The notes under the pieces were generated by a model. It did not search any database. It saw only the letters and a list, made by a program, of their open reading frames with translations, and had not been told where the DNA came from. A DNA stretch of 58,796 nt, counting the filler, from Asterionella formosa (lineage: Eukaryota): assembly GCA_002256025.1 (NCBI GenBank). It is 8 parts of 8 records of this genome, joined end to end, with 100 filler letters (N's around TTAATTAATTAA, not from the genome) between each part and the next. Parts side by side here need not be neighbours in the genome. Positions count along the whole stretch, not along the records: positions 36,848 to 44,097 come from NKIB01012490.1; positions 44,198 to 51,448 come from NKIB01012491.1; 6 more parts are not named here. The stretch is one strand, 5' to 3'. Shown piece after piece: positions 36,748 through 49,558 of the stretch. The translations under genes were made by a program, and so were the position numbers. The number at the start of each line of letters is the position of its first letter. The stretch's first letter is position 1.

Positions 36748-36847
36748 NNNNNNNNNNNNNNNNNNNNNNNNNNNNNNNNNNNNNNNNNNNNTTAATTAAT
36801 TAANNNNNNNNNNNNNNNNNNNNNNNNNNNNNNNNNNNNNNNNNNNN
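36748..36847. other. Artificial contig linker
   Basis: 100 nt of N with central TTAATTAATTAA. Confidence 0.97.
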
Positions 36848-37005
36848 ATGTGAACGATTACAAGATAGATCAAATAAGCTCACAATAAGGTGGGATTAGA
36901 ACAGAAGGTTTTAATACACTGAGCTTGTCTAGAAAGAGCTAGCATTGCAGTCAGACTGCAGAAGAATTTAACACGCTTGCAAGCGGATCAACTTCGTTTT
37001 GCAAC

Positions 37006-37869
37006 ATGACTGAAGACAAAGGTGAGACCATTCGCCTTGTGAAGTTTGATGGCGAGGACGCCAATTGGCATGAGTGGAGTGTGAAGACACTTGCACTAGC
37101 CAAGACAAGAGGATTCAAGAATGCCTACATGAAGGATACCAATCCATGCAGCGATGCTGTCTACAAAACTACAGACAAAGACGATGTCAAGAAGATCTAC
37201 GAGATGAACGATCGCGCATACCAGCTCCTGATTATGAGTTGCACTGGGATTGCGTTTGGTTTGGTTAACCAAGCCAAGACAAAGAATCATCAAGACGGCG
37301 ATGCATTCCTTGCTTGGACCTACCTCAAGGCTCGCTATGTTCCTAATGCTACAAGCGACTTAATCCAACTTTCAGGACAGTTCAACAAGTGCATCTGTGA
37401 GGGGAAGACGCAAGACCCAGATGAGTGGTTCATCCAACTCGAGTTGTTGAGGAATCGAATGGCGACGATTGATTCTGCTTACGAAAAGAAGGATCTCGAG
37501 ATGATTGCCCACATACTTGACAAACTACCTGAGGAGTACTCAGAAGTGGTGACAATGGTTGAGGCTATGCCCTCCCTAACACTAGAAGACCTTAAGGCCA
37601 AGATACGTGCGTTCTTCAAACGCAAGTTTAAGAACGAAAAGTCGGATGGCGAACTTGCTCTTGCTGCCTTTGGAACTAAGTTCAAAGGACTCTGCCGCTC
37701 TTGCGGCAAGCAAGGACACAAGGCAGCCGATTGTCGAGTCAAGAACAAGACACACGGCGACGGAAACAGGCCTCCTCCGAAAGGCGTCAAGTGTTTCAAT
37801 TGCAACAAGCATGCCGGACATATCGCAAAAGATTGTAGTTTGATGGATGATGGGTTCTCTCTTCATTAA
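37006..37869 (+). mobile_element. Copia gag ORF, truncated after the second zinc knuckle
   Basis: KFDGEDANWHEW start, DPDEWFIQLE, ILDKLPEEYS, CRSCGKQGHKAADC and CFNCNKHAGHIAKDC; similar to the gag at 35819-36243; no pol follows. Confidence 0.87.
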
Positions 37870-37944
37870 GTAGTGGCTAAGAATTCAATAATTCCGTATT
37901 CACTTATAATCCAATCAAAGTATTCACATAGTAATTTAGGATGC

Positions 37945-39672
37945 TCATAAAAGTTTGAATTGTTTCCTCAGATTCAAAATCCGATAAGGAAATCTCACTA
38001 AACCTTTGAAAGGTTGTTTCATTTGGGACTGTCCTTTCCATTTGTCCCACCAAGGACCCCCTCCCACTTCCACAGCTGCTTGGGTGCTTTTGGCTTCATG
38101 AATAATGGTTCTTCCACGCACATACTGACCACATTCATCATCCCATATCAATTCCCATAGAGATAATGTGGTATTGGTGGAAAAAGAATCTCGACAAAAG
38201 TATACCATTCCATCTTTTTCTGTTGGTGCTCGTAAAAGGACCCCTGGCATGTCACAAGTTGAATAGAGTTGCACTTCAAAGGGTCTTTCTCCTTTTGTCG
38301 ATCGTCCTGTCATGTTCCACTGTCCCCATGGTGCAATGTCCCACTCCATTGTCCCAAGCCACGGTGTTGCTTCGTACATGATTCCATCATAGTGGACTGA
38401 CACCATACCCAAATCTTCTTTCTGTCCAAAAGGAATTTTGCGAGTTCCACCACCAGCTGTAACAGCCAATGGTTTTTCACCCTCATCTAAATAATAATAT
38501 CCATCAAAGGAATTGCATTGCGTCCAATACCATTTCAGTGGAAACGCTCCACCCCAGTTCTTTTCCGCATAAAAGGGAGCATCTTGAAATGTATATGTGG
38601 TGTTCTTCCATCGGATGGTCCCTGTTGCACGTGCATCTGCTAATGTAACTTGCCAATGTGGTTCAAAGACAGAGTATTTGGCCAACCATCCGGCTGTGGA
38701 CTTTTGAGGTTGATCTGTATCACCCCAACCAGATAGGGGAGTAATGGACATGTCAAAGTCACAAGATCCAACATTTGGATAAATGCTAGGAGTCCTCAAA
38801 GGGCCATCATTGCCTTCAATGATACCCTGGATTCGATGTGGTGTGATTTGAAATCCAGTCTTGACGATTGATTTGTATGTATCAGGATCAATAAAGGTTG
38901 TCGTTTTGGTACTACCGGGACTACTATTAGTAGCTTTAGTAGTAGTATCAGTATCAGTATCAGTCATTGCTGTTGTTGTGGTGTCATGGTGGTGAAATTC
39001 AAAGGTACATCCCAATCGTTGTTCTTGTTGCCATGCCCAAAATTTAGTAGGATCTGTATCTGCTTGGACTATGTATTCATCATTGGGACCCATAATTTGA
39101 CAGCAACTTAAACTTAATGGTGATGGTTGGGGATCTTCGATACTTACAATAATAGCAAATGATACATTCTGTTCTTTCAAAGTTAATCGATAATACCATC
39201 CTTCAAAAAAGCGTTTGGTTCGAGTATTATGATTGCGAAAGGCTCCACCAAATGTTGTTGATGACGATGATGATGATACTCCAGGATGAGTTGGACAAAA
39301 ATGGCACCCAGAATGAGGAGTTTGTTGTGGATACGCAAGAGTCGTTGGAGTAGTACTTTTCCTTTTCCTTTTGATATTGTTGATGTTGATAGCATTTTTG
39401 CTGTTGTTATTAATGTTGTCGTTTTGGAGTGATAATAATGTTGAGAGCCGTCCCGGCAATAGAAACGAAGGTGGCTGATGGTGTTGGAATGGACGTCGTT
39501 GTGATGGTCCACTATTACTATTAGCTTGATGCCGACAGTTTGTTTTCTCAAAGGCAGCAATACTTGTTGTGCACATGAAGAGGAGCCACATCAACGTAGC
39601 AGTACCAATGAGTTGTAACAACAACAACATTGTAATACTACCGAAACTCATAGTGCTCGTCCTCCTCAGCAT
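37945..39672 (-). CDS. VTE1: Tocopherol cyclase
   Basis: TPHSG, RFFEGWYYR, QKSTAGWL, FEPHWQV, YAEKNWGGAFP-KWYW-QCN, YFCRDSF, AAVEVGGGPW; N-terminal signal/transit-like extension. Start at 39672 or the next ATG. Confidence 0.93.
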   Translation of the reverse strand: MLRRTSTMSFGSITMLLLLQLIGTATLMWLLFMCTTSIAAFEKTNCRHQANSNSGPSQRRPFQHHQPPSFLLPGRLSTLLSLQNDNINNNSKNAININNIKRKRKSTTPTTLAYPQQTPHSGCHFCPTHPGVSSSSSSTTFGGAFRNHNTRTKRFFEGWYYRLTLKEQNVSFAIIVSIEDPQPSPLSLSCCQIMGPNDEYIVQADTDPTKFWAWQQEQRLGCTFEFHHHDTTTTAMTDTDTDTTTKATNSSPGSTKTTTFIDPDTYKSIVKTGFQITPHRIQGIIEGNDGPLRTPSIYPNVGSCDFDMSITPLSGWGDTDQPQKSTAGWLAKYSVFEPHWQVTLADARATGTIRWKNTTYTFQDAPFYAEKNWGGAFPLKWYWTQCNSFDGYYYLDEGEKPLAVTAGGGTRKIPFGQKEDLGMVSVHYDGIMYEATPWLGTMEWDIAPWGQWNMTGRSTKGERPFEVQLYSTCDMPGVLLRAPTEKDGMVYFCRDSFSTNTTLSLWELIWDDECGQYVRGRTIIHEAKSTQAAVEVGGGPWWDKWKGQSQMKQPFKGLVRFPYRILNLRKQFKLL

Positions 39673-39877
39673 TGCAGAATGTGGTATCTTTACCGTTAGT
39701 AGCAACAGGTTCGGACTGGAACGGTACGATAGTCATTGATAGTTTGTCGTTGTAGCAGCACCAGGTGATACCTGTGGTAACTACCGGTATAACCTACCAC
39801 GGTATGGTACCAGGGTACCAATATTATCATCATGGGATCTTCCACATTTGCTACTCCGAGTGCCTGGTATTGGTAGG

Positions 39878-40082
39878 TGAGTGATCTTGCGCATCAATAC
39901 AGATAGATGTATATAGGGTTAGTGCTAGTTATATCATATATGTATCAGAACTCAATAATGAGAGAACTCGACTAACCCTCATTGTATACTTTGGTGTCAA
40001 CTTAGGGAACGAGTTACACACAAGGATTAACAAATAAGCTCATATATTCAACAAATACTACTACTTCTAGTTAGATACTTCA
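39878..40082 (+). repeat. LTR-like repeat, second copy
   Basis: Near-identical to 15390-15586 with two small insertions; TG...CA ends; no clear target duplication. Confidence 0.7.
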
Positions 40083-43000
40083 CTTTGAATTCAAAAAGAG
40101 TCCAATTAGAATCAATAATGTTGATGTCCTCTCAAGTTCCAGTGGTCCCAAAGGATTACAACAGACTAAACATCAAGATTCAAACCTCTTTGTGTATCCT
40201 TACGAGCCAGGTCGACATTTGGAGTCTTACAGCAAAGATATGATCAATTGACACTCAGGGGAAGCTTGTTGATTGATTTCAGTAAATCATGTGACATGGC
40301 TGACACATATATCTTCAGTCCAGCAGATTGCTTGCTTGTTCTCCTATTGCTACAGAATATGCCTTATTGATATCGCCTTGTCTGAATGGATGAGCGTTGC
40401 AATGAATTCAGATGCTCAGTCCTATGACAGTCTATACAAAATCATGGTGAGGTGGCTGAAGCATTATTGTACTCATGACAGGCATGTTCCTTTGAAAGTC
40501 AGCATCAATGGCAGTGGATTTTCTGATAAAACTCGATAAAACCGTTCAATGTGCTGTTGATGAATGTCACTGCCTGTCTCAAGACCTTAAAGAATTTCCC
40601 AAAACTCATGATAACTCATCCAGAAGATCAAGAGGTTTCCTCCAAGGAAGATTTGAGGTTGATTGTCGTTTTGCTTGATTGACAATGCGTGGCAACAAGT
40701 GTTTGAATGGAACAATGAAAAGAACACAAAATAATTGATTCGCTTGGTTTTGACTTACTTCGAGAGTCAACAATTATTCAAAGATCAACTCAAGCACATC
40801 CTCAAGCATGAATTCTACCATAAGCCGAAATCGACTTCGCATCGCTGAAGGCAATAATGTTAGCTATGTCAAGAGAACGCGCGTGCCTGGTGTCAATTTT
40901 CTCACGCAAAATCGTCTATAAATAGTTGAAGTTAAAGACGATTCCATGACGCATCAAGAAAATAAGCGTGACTAGTGTCAATTTAACAAAAGATCGTCTT
41001 CGCACATAAGGTTCATGAATTTAACATTACTAACTCTACTAACCTTGTTCCTGTGTTCCTTTGGCGTAGAAAATCTACGCGGAGCAAATTTTCATACTAA
41101 CACAGCTAACTCTATTCATGTTTTCTTCCCTGCATGTTTTATACAAGAAAATCCATGGGTTAACCCTATGATGATGTCTGGTAAGAAGGGTACTGTGCCG
41201 AGGGCCATACCTGCCGACTATTATGAATCTGCCCAGGAAATTTTAGTGGTCATGAACCCTCCTGTTGGTCAGTTAGTGGCCGATGTGCCTAATAAAAAAC
41301 CAGCAGAATGCTGAACAGATCGCCTTCACAGAAGTATGTGCGACAATAGCAACAATGCTATGATTTTAATAATATACATGTATATATATACATATATATT
41401 TTTTTTGAGCGACAGCACATTGAATATGTCTTACCTCAATCATTACATGAATAACTTTTGTTATTTACAAGATAATTACAGGTTGGATATCACCGCTATT
41501 GTAACGCAGGATATTTTAAAATGAAAAGGTAGATTTAATACATCATTCCATATGCACATCTCAAGGCCTGATTTCGGTCTCATTCTTTCTTTGCCTAAGA
41601 ATGCATAAGCTTAATTACATTTCATTCTCATGTCATTAGCAACCCAAGGATTGGTGGCTACGTTGTATATACATGACATAAGATGAATATTAATTGATTG
41701 CGGTGGATCCTGATCTTTAACTTATGAATGGATTGTACTTCAGGACATTTCGTTGTAAAATCGAACATTTATAATTAATATATACCATGCATAGCAGGTA
41801 TGATCCCATCTTTTCTTCCTTTGCCAGTACTCAGCATGATGCTCCCAAAATTAAATCCGTCAGCTTGTATCTTGCAACAGAAGTACCTGGTCTTAGTACC
41901 GTCTGTGAGATTGCTCATTTGTCCAGCTGATCAATTTATGATGGATAACTTATAAATACCATGTCCTGTCTGTATGGTGGATATATCAGTGTTTTTCGGC
42001 ATGTCATGCATTCCTATAATGATACGCACAGAACATTTGCACAATAGTTTGTTATCATATTTTGATACACCTATCAAGGAATATGTTTACACATGGAACA
42101 TTCAAGCTCCTAACTATACAGATACAGAAAGATGCTGTTATCATGGCTGAAGTCCTCCAGCCCAATTCTAAATGAAATGGTCTGTTGAAGACGCTGACTC
42201 ATGGGATATCGATAAACTCCAACCGACTTAACAGGATTGAAATGGAACTAGTCCATTTGTATGGTTACCTACTATGAATACATCAACAAACTTCTGCATC
42301 AATGAAACCATTGTTAGTTGCAGATACTACACTCATGCGTTATCCTGATCGTAATTTTCCTTTCTATATTTTTCTTTTTAAGAATTTCGCTCTATGTCAT
42401 TGAATGCGGTTCTACATCTTCTGCAAAAAAAACTAACATATTTCCATGATGCATCATAGGATTGTGATCATCTGATCATAATATTTCGTTACATCATCTA
42501 ATAATTTTGATAAATGCCCTTGTAATTTAAATAGTAACCCTTTTGACTACATGTATTTAATTATTATATTTATTGTTTCTGTTACATTCCTGTATTCGAA
42601 TTTCTTGATAGGATAATGTACCAGCTAAAGTAATGTAATTTGGATCGTCATTTCCATCCGTCATCACTCGTCTGATTTTTGCAACAACAACGAAATTCTA
42701 GCGATGACAAGTGGAATGATTGTTTGCGATAACGACGTTTTCAATTTGTTGGTCAAGTGATCTTTATATCTTCGAGTAATCGTCATTTGCAGTGAACCTT
42801 TGTTCATAATCATTCAATTAAAAGTTTACAAGAGAGAAGAAATCATTCGAACTTGTAATGGTTCCGCACACAGTGCACAATCAAAGTAAATCCGTTTTGT
42901 CAACTTCAGCATGACGATTTCGCCAATCAACCCGAAAACAAACACATTCTACTTCTTCTCGTTGAAATTTTTAATTCTCGCATGATACTACATCAACTAT

Positions 43001-43112
43001 TGAGACTTCTGTCCACATAGCTATAGTTATAGAATGATTCTAATTAGAATGTATTTCATTTTCATATCGCTCGCTCGTTTCTGCATTTGGCATACTGTAC
43101 TTGAATAAACTA

Positions 43113-43548
43113 TTGAACTTGTCCGCATCTTTGATACCATCAAGAGAGCGAAAGCAAGTGGCACTTTTCATTGTTGTTTGCTCATAGGAAGAATTTGATA
43201 TCTGTATCGTCATTTGCTTGTTGGAATTGTCCGTTGCCTCAAACTTGCTTGGAGTGCTGTGCGTGCACACACTGTCGACTTGTTTTCAATGGTATGTTGT
43301 TCTTGTATTCACTGTTGAACTTGTCCGTATCTTTGTTAACATCAATAGAGCGACAAGTGGGTCTCTTCATTGTTGTTTGCTCCTGGAAAAGTCGGTGTCC
43401 GTGTCATCCTCATCAATAGAGAGACAGGTTCTTTCGTTGGAAAAATTGGTACCCGTGGTATCATCATTTGCTCGTTGGAACCACTGTCCGTTGCCTCAAA
43501 CCTGATTAGCGTTTGAGTACCGGTACCCAGTATGTGCACTGTCGACTT
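43113..43548. repeat. Diverged direct duplication (units start at 43113 and 43314)
   Basis: TTGAACTTGTCCG...CATTGTTGTTTGCTC...TGTCCGTTGCCTCAAAC...CACTGTCGACTT present twice. Confidence 0.7.
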
Positions 43549-44097
43549 TATTACATTACAGGCAGAGTGACTTCGCTACTAAATCGCGTGATATAATAAT
43601 ATACCCTGTAGCACGATGCAGAATACAGTTGCTTCCCAATCATCTCATCATGATTGATAAGATGATACTGTGATATCATGATAAGGTTACATCGATTCAT
43701 ACATCACCAAAGTATGATATGTAATATTGAATAAAGTACATCACAGAACTATGATACACTGATCATAAAATTGTGATGATTTTATGTAATGTTTATGATA
43801 TAATTTTGATCAAAATATGATTATGTTAAAAAAATGCAATGATAATAAAATACGATAAAATATATACGCAAGTGTTACCAAGACATCATAGAAAAAAAAT
43901 CAAACAATCATAAAGTATGTTAATTAATATATGTGTTTGTCGTTTAATGTATACAGTTAAAGTCAACAGTTAATATGATAGTATTATACAGTGGATAGCA
44001 AGTGTTGGTCGATCAATCGGCGAAATCACTGGAGAAACAGATGTAATAGGACCCTCTGTGATTGGGCTAGGAGAAACGACTGGAGATGCAGATGAAA

Positions 44098-44197
44098 NNN
44101 NNNNNNNNNNNNNNNNNNNNNNNNNNNNNNNNNNNNNNNNNTTAATTAATTAANNNNNNNNNNNNNNNNNNNNNNNNNNNNNNNNNNNNNNNNNNNN
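44098..44197. other. Artificial contig linker
   Basis: 100 nt of N with central TTAATTAATTAA. Confidence 0.97.
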
Positions 44198-45783
44198 AAG
44201 TCGGCATATGTCAGGAAACTGGAATTTAGACCTGGCGATGATCCAAGAATTAGAACTGGGATACTCTCTCTTGTACCTGCCAGTGATGCAGTTGTAGACT
44301 CGAGAATCAAATCAGCAGACAATCGAGACCTTGTCACCTACTCAGACATTGCCAATGCACAAGTCAAGGCCTTTGAAGAAAAGGCCATTTGGTTTCAAGA
44401 AACTTGCGCGAAATTGTGTGTCGAATGGAATGAAGGACACATGAGAATGAATGTCCGACGTGGATTCCTTTTGGGAGATTCTGTCGATGCTGTCATGTCA
44501 TTGTCCCGAAAGGATTTACGTAAATTGTGGAGATTCGAATTTATTGGTGAAATGGGAATTGATGCTGGTGGATTGGCGAGAGAATGGTTTCAACTTGTCA
44601 CGGAAAAAATATTTGATCCAGATATGGGATTGTGGCAAAGCAGTTCGGCCAATCAAATGTGTATGGAAGTCAATCCAGCATCTGGTACGTCTTTGAATTG
44701 TTGTTTGGTGTGTGTTTGTCTTTTAAATTATGCAATATCGTTTGGTTCGATATATTATATTTATTTCACTTTCGACTAACACTTGTTTTTATTCTTTCCA
44801 TTTTTTCTATTATGCATACATGCACACACAGAATATTGCTGTGAAGATCACTTGATTTATTATCGATTCTTGGGTCGGGTCATGGGCAAGGCACTCTTTG
44901 ACCAACAACTTGTTGCTGGTCACATGGTTGGATACATTTACAAACATATCTTAGGCTGGCCTGTCACTTTTGGTGATTTGGCAATGGTCGATGACGAATA
45001 TTACAACAATTTGAAGCAATTGCAGACCTTGGCCACGAGTGGGGAAGATTTGAGTATGCTGTGCTTGGACTTTACCACTACTCAAGATATCATGGGAGTC
45101 AAGGAAGAAATTGAACTCATTCCAAATGGTGCAAACATTAAAGTGGACTATGACAACTTTCCAGAATATTTGGAAGCATGTCTCAAATACAGAATGTTGG
45201 ATCGAGTCAAGCCACAATTGAATGAACTCTTGTTGGGATTCTTTGATGTTATTCCAGAACCACTCTTGACTATTTTCGACTTTCAAGAATTGGAACTACT
45301 CATGTGCGGGTTGCCTAACATTGACTTGGAAGATTGGAAAGAACATACAGAATATTCTGGTGAATGTGATCATTTCGGTGGTGATCATCAAGTTTGTATT
45401 TGGTTTTGGGAGGTTGTTGCTGAATTTGATCTGGAAACCAAGACACAATTGTTGCAATTTGTGACAGGAACCAGTGGTGTTCCAAGTCGAGGATTTGGAG
45501 TGTTGCAAGGAAATGATGGAAATGTTCGGAAATTTACCATTCATGGAGTAGGAGTTGATGTCTGTCTTTATCTTCGAGCTCAGTAAGTCTCTCATGTATT
45601 GTTGTTGCACTCGCCTTGCTGCTGAATGAATGTACCTTTTGCTCACCGCACTCTCCTCTTTTCTACTGCTGCAGCACTAGTTTCCATCGAATTGATTTAC
45701 CAATGTATGCGACACGACAGGATTTGAAGAAGAAGTTGAAGTTGGCAGTCACCATGGCTTCCACTGGATTTGATATTGAGTAA
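44198..45783 (+). CDS. HECT-domain E3 ubiquitin ligase-like protein, 5'-truncated; exons 44198-44684, 44832-45582, 45675-45783; catalytic Cys replaced by Ser
   Basis: FIGEMGIDAGGLAREWF, YRFLGRVMGKAL, ELELLMCG, LLQFVTGTS; spliced C-terminus RAHTSFHRIDLPMY...TGFDIE*. Confidence 0.88.
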
Positions 45784-46211
45784 GTAGTATGGCTGATGGA
45801 GGAGGAGGCAGGATGGATACATATATATATTTTTTAGCATGTCTTTAGGAACCTTGGTACACATAAATCCAGCAATGCTTGTTTAGTACCTGTGACTTTG
45901 AAATGTTTCATTAGTTTCTAGCATGGTACATTTGTAGATTGTAGTTTCTAAAAGTATACTTTGTGGGATGAAGAAGTCATCATATTCATCATCATGACAA
46001 GGAAAATGTTACATGGGGAAGTAGTCAAAGACCACACAGCTACAGCATATTGAGATACTTCCATAGCACTAGTACCCTTTATACTCATTAACCAATGCTA
46101 CATTCATTGCGTCACTTCATTTCCGGCATCCTTCAAAAACTAACTAGAGAATATACTAGGCTACTGGTATACCCCAATCCAGGTACCTGGAAATAGGTAG
46201 CATACCATAGT

Positions 46212-47549
46212 GGGCGCGCTCTGATAATAAAAAATTATTATATCATGTGTATTATAACACAAATCGTTGTACCCATAACCCCAAAATTTGTGTTTGTGTT
46301 GACCAAATTTGGTCAACACAAACACAAATTTTTTACAGTTATAAATAAAAGTGCATTATATAAAAAGATGTTTAGACATGAATGACTATAAAGAATTTCC
46401 CGGAATATTTCAAGACTTGCTTGCTTATACTCAAAATGGCTTGCTCTTGCCAAAATAGGTATGCATATACATATGCATATCGTTACATATCAATCAACCT
46501 CCTCAATAAATCGATCGTCATCGCTTTTAGATTTCGGCCATGTCTTCATCTTCTTCTGGTCAAAGGAGAGCAGCCAGGGAGGGCTTCCTTTCCTCTCCAA
46601 GGCTGCTTGAACGTCGCCGTCACCAGCAACAAGAACAACAAGAACAGACTCAACAAGAAGAAGAGGAGGAGGACGACAACGAGAATGAAAATGACACTGG
46701 TGCTGATGAGTTTGCCAGTGACGATGAGGACAGTAGGATGGGTGTCCCAGGTGTTTCTCAGATTGGTGTTTCTGGGGTTACTCAGTCCACATCAAGGAAC
46801 AACAACGATTTTTTACGTGCTCCTACTAGTTCAGTTTCAAGAACAGCAACTGCCAGGCGACCACCAACGTTTCCAAGAGCTCGCCGAAGCATGCAGAGTC
46901 GGGGTCAACAGTTCAGGATCAATGAGATTCTCTCATTGCTGGAAACCATTTCTACTCACCTGCCAATTGGGTCCCATGAATGGGAAGTTGTTGCATCACA
47001 GCACAACGAGAATTTCTGGTGTAGGAGCTCGAAAGAAGCATGGTCAAACCCACACAAGGTAATCAGAGCATCATCATGCTTGCTGCTGAACAAAGTCCAG
47101 AATGGACTCGATAATGGATGCTGTAGTGCGTGGCGACGGATTTTGCCACTTCTTCTTCAAACCTCATCAACAATCAAACTTTCCCTGAATGATGGCGTCC
47201 TATTTACTGGTGGATAGCACATTGCTAACAGTAGCGATGTGATCATAATGTCATCATCATCATCATCAGGAGATGAGATGAAAGTCGACATGGTCAGTGA
47301 CCGACGATGATCAATATATAGAACTCATGCATATAATGAACAAGAGGCGGCATAGCATACAAGAGGATGCATCGATATGAAAATTTAACTGTTGAAAATT
47401 AAAGTTAAAAATATATATAATGTCAGAGAAGTAATCTAAAATATCTCTATTATCAGAGCGCAAGGACGATATTATGTAGCAGATCACCAGAATAATTTGT
47501 GTTATAATACACACATGATATAATAATTTTTTATTATCAGAGCGCGCCC
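46212..47549. mobile_element. Internally deleted PIF/Harbinger element with both TIRs and 3-bp AGT target duplication
   Basis: About 50-bp TIRs starting GGGCGCGCTCTGATAATAAAAAATT; AGT on both sides; + strand Myb/SANT-like ORF (LPIGSHEWEVVASQHNENF) meets a - strand transposase N-terminus (LFSSKHDDALITLCGFDHASF). Confidence 0.87.
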
Positions 47550-49558
47550 AGTAGCTGTATTAGTTCGATTTATGCATAGGTCGAGACCACATTATCATAG
47601 AGTCATTTTTTAGGAACAACACCAGTTGGTAGTAGTACATGATGAAATTTTTGATGCATGGGTAATAAAAAAGTTGATGGAAACTCCAAAGTACAAAAAG
47701 TCACCTACTACCAAGACTGTGTTTTATCTAAAATTGACCTCACATCACGCCTTTCAAAATACTGTGTACGCAAAAGAACGCGGACTTCGCAAAAGAACGT
47801 AAAAAGACCATAAAAAGCCGGAGACGAATGCACAAAAAATCGCATATCTTGGTTTCCCGTTCTTTTGCGGTTTTATGCTGCGTTTTGCGGTTGTTGAGGT
47901 CTTTTGTGAATTTCGTGCTCTTTAAAGGTCTGTTTGTTCAATTTCTCTCAGTGTGATAAATTATACCTTTACACTGAGCTACTGGTAGATATATTTATGC
48001 TGCCCATGGATGTTTAATGCCTTATCAGACCTCAAACTCGCTTTGACGAAATGACAAGTGCGTGCACTTTTCAAAAAGTACGTGAATTTCGCGAACTTTG
48101 CAAAAAGTCCGCGAAGCATGAAGACTAGAATTTTACGAGATAATTGAAAATAATCAGCGAGGTCTGTGCACAATACACATAGCATAAAGCACTCGACATG
48201 TACAAATAGGTGACTAATAGCATGTTTTGACCTTCATACTGAAATTTTGAATGCTAATCCTCCCAACTTCGGCTGCTCCGAGAAATAAGGGGTATCAGTT
48301 TCCGTGCAGCGGGTAAGCACTTTCTGGGTGCCATAATCCAATATCAAAAATCACACGCACACAAAAATCGCTTACCAGCAAGTCGTTAGATTGAGGAAGT
48401 TCGTAAATTGGCTGCTCTGAGCAACCAAATTGCATATGTCACAATTTAAAAAATATTGACAAAACCGTGATGAAATATTCTTTTGTCTTAAATAGAAATT
48501 GTGAAAATTTGTAAAAATGCAAGATCTTGATGGGACAGCGAAATAACCAGCACAATTCACCAAATCCGATGCAAACACCTACCATTTTCAGGGAAGAATT
48601 TGGTAAATTCTAATGTTCTTCTATATCAGAAGTCCATCCGAAGCGCCATGGAAGCTACTCTTGTGCTAAATGTTATAAATTTAGACTATTTTTAGTGACC
48701 CACTGCTCTCATTTTCGTTTGATTAGTTCGACTTAATCTGTTCCATGCCCTGCGAGAATCAAACTTGCAGGCTTGTTAAGGTTGCAGCCACGGCTTCACC
48801 CTAGTTCTGAGAAAACATCGCTAGGGTTGTAAAAACGGCAGGAAATAGGGAGTTTTGTTTCGTAGTGTGATAGTAAACATACATTATATTTATACTTACA
48901 ATATTCTCTATGACGATAATTGTTAAACATGTTAGATGAATAATCGAATGTATACGATCATATGATTGTCATTATATAATGCATCACACGAACAAGATGT
49001 TTTCTATTTGCCGATGTAGTTGCTTCAACATAACCATGTAACTAAAATAATTGGAGTCGTAATATAAGGTAAATAAGAATGACTTTCAGTTTTTAGGTGA
49101 TTCTTCGTATCATATACAGTACTTTTGTCCACCATTCTAGACTATGGTGACAGGGTATTCTGCTTTTGCATAGTACAACAACTGTTATTGGGGTGCTTGA
49201 ATATTGCCTTGAACAGAATTAAGCAATTCTTTGATTGGGACTTAAATAAAGCAAATAAATCTTCGTACACTTTGTTAGCCATCCAGCCGTTGCACACATG
49301 TTTGCAAAATTTTCCAACACATCATGGTGATCCGGAGTATGTACCTGGACACCATTCACAATTCGGCCACACTTCCAGATCACAGCAATTGCAGGAAAAT
49401 GCTTTTTGTGGGGTATTTACATTCCATCCTTTTCCATGATTTTTGGCAACTCATTTGAGGGAAAGGACCCCTTGAAGGGAAACCAATGAGATCGGATTCG
49501 TTCAAAGGCAATCACTCCAAAGTATCATTTGATTGAAGGAATAGCGATTGATAATAGT

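Noticed and set aside
35819..37869. Two gag genes forming one inverted element
   Set aside because: They lie on different contigs separated by a linker and are diverged family members.
40100..43000. Short ORFs in the AT-rich part of contig 6
   Set aside because: No recognisable motifs; probably decayed mobile DNA that I cannot classify.
43516..43531. TACCGGTA in the second unit of the 43113-43548 duplication as a third footprint
   Set aside because: Suggestive, but the two units are too diverged here to align the site with confidence.
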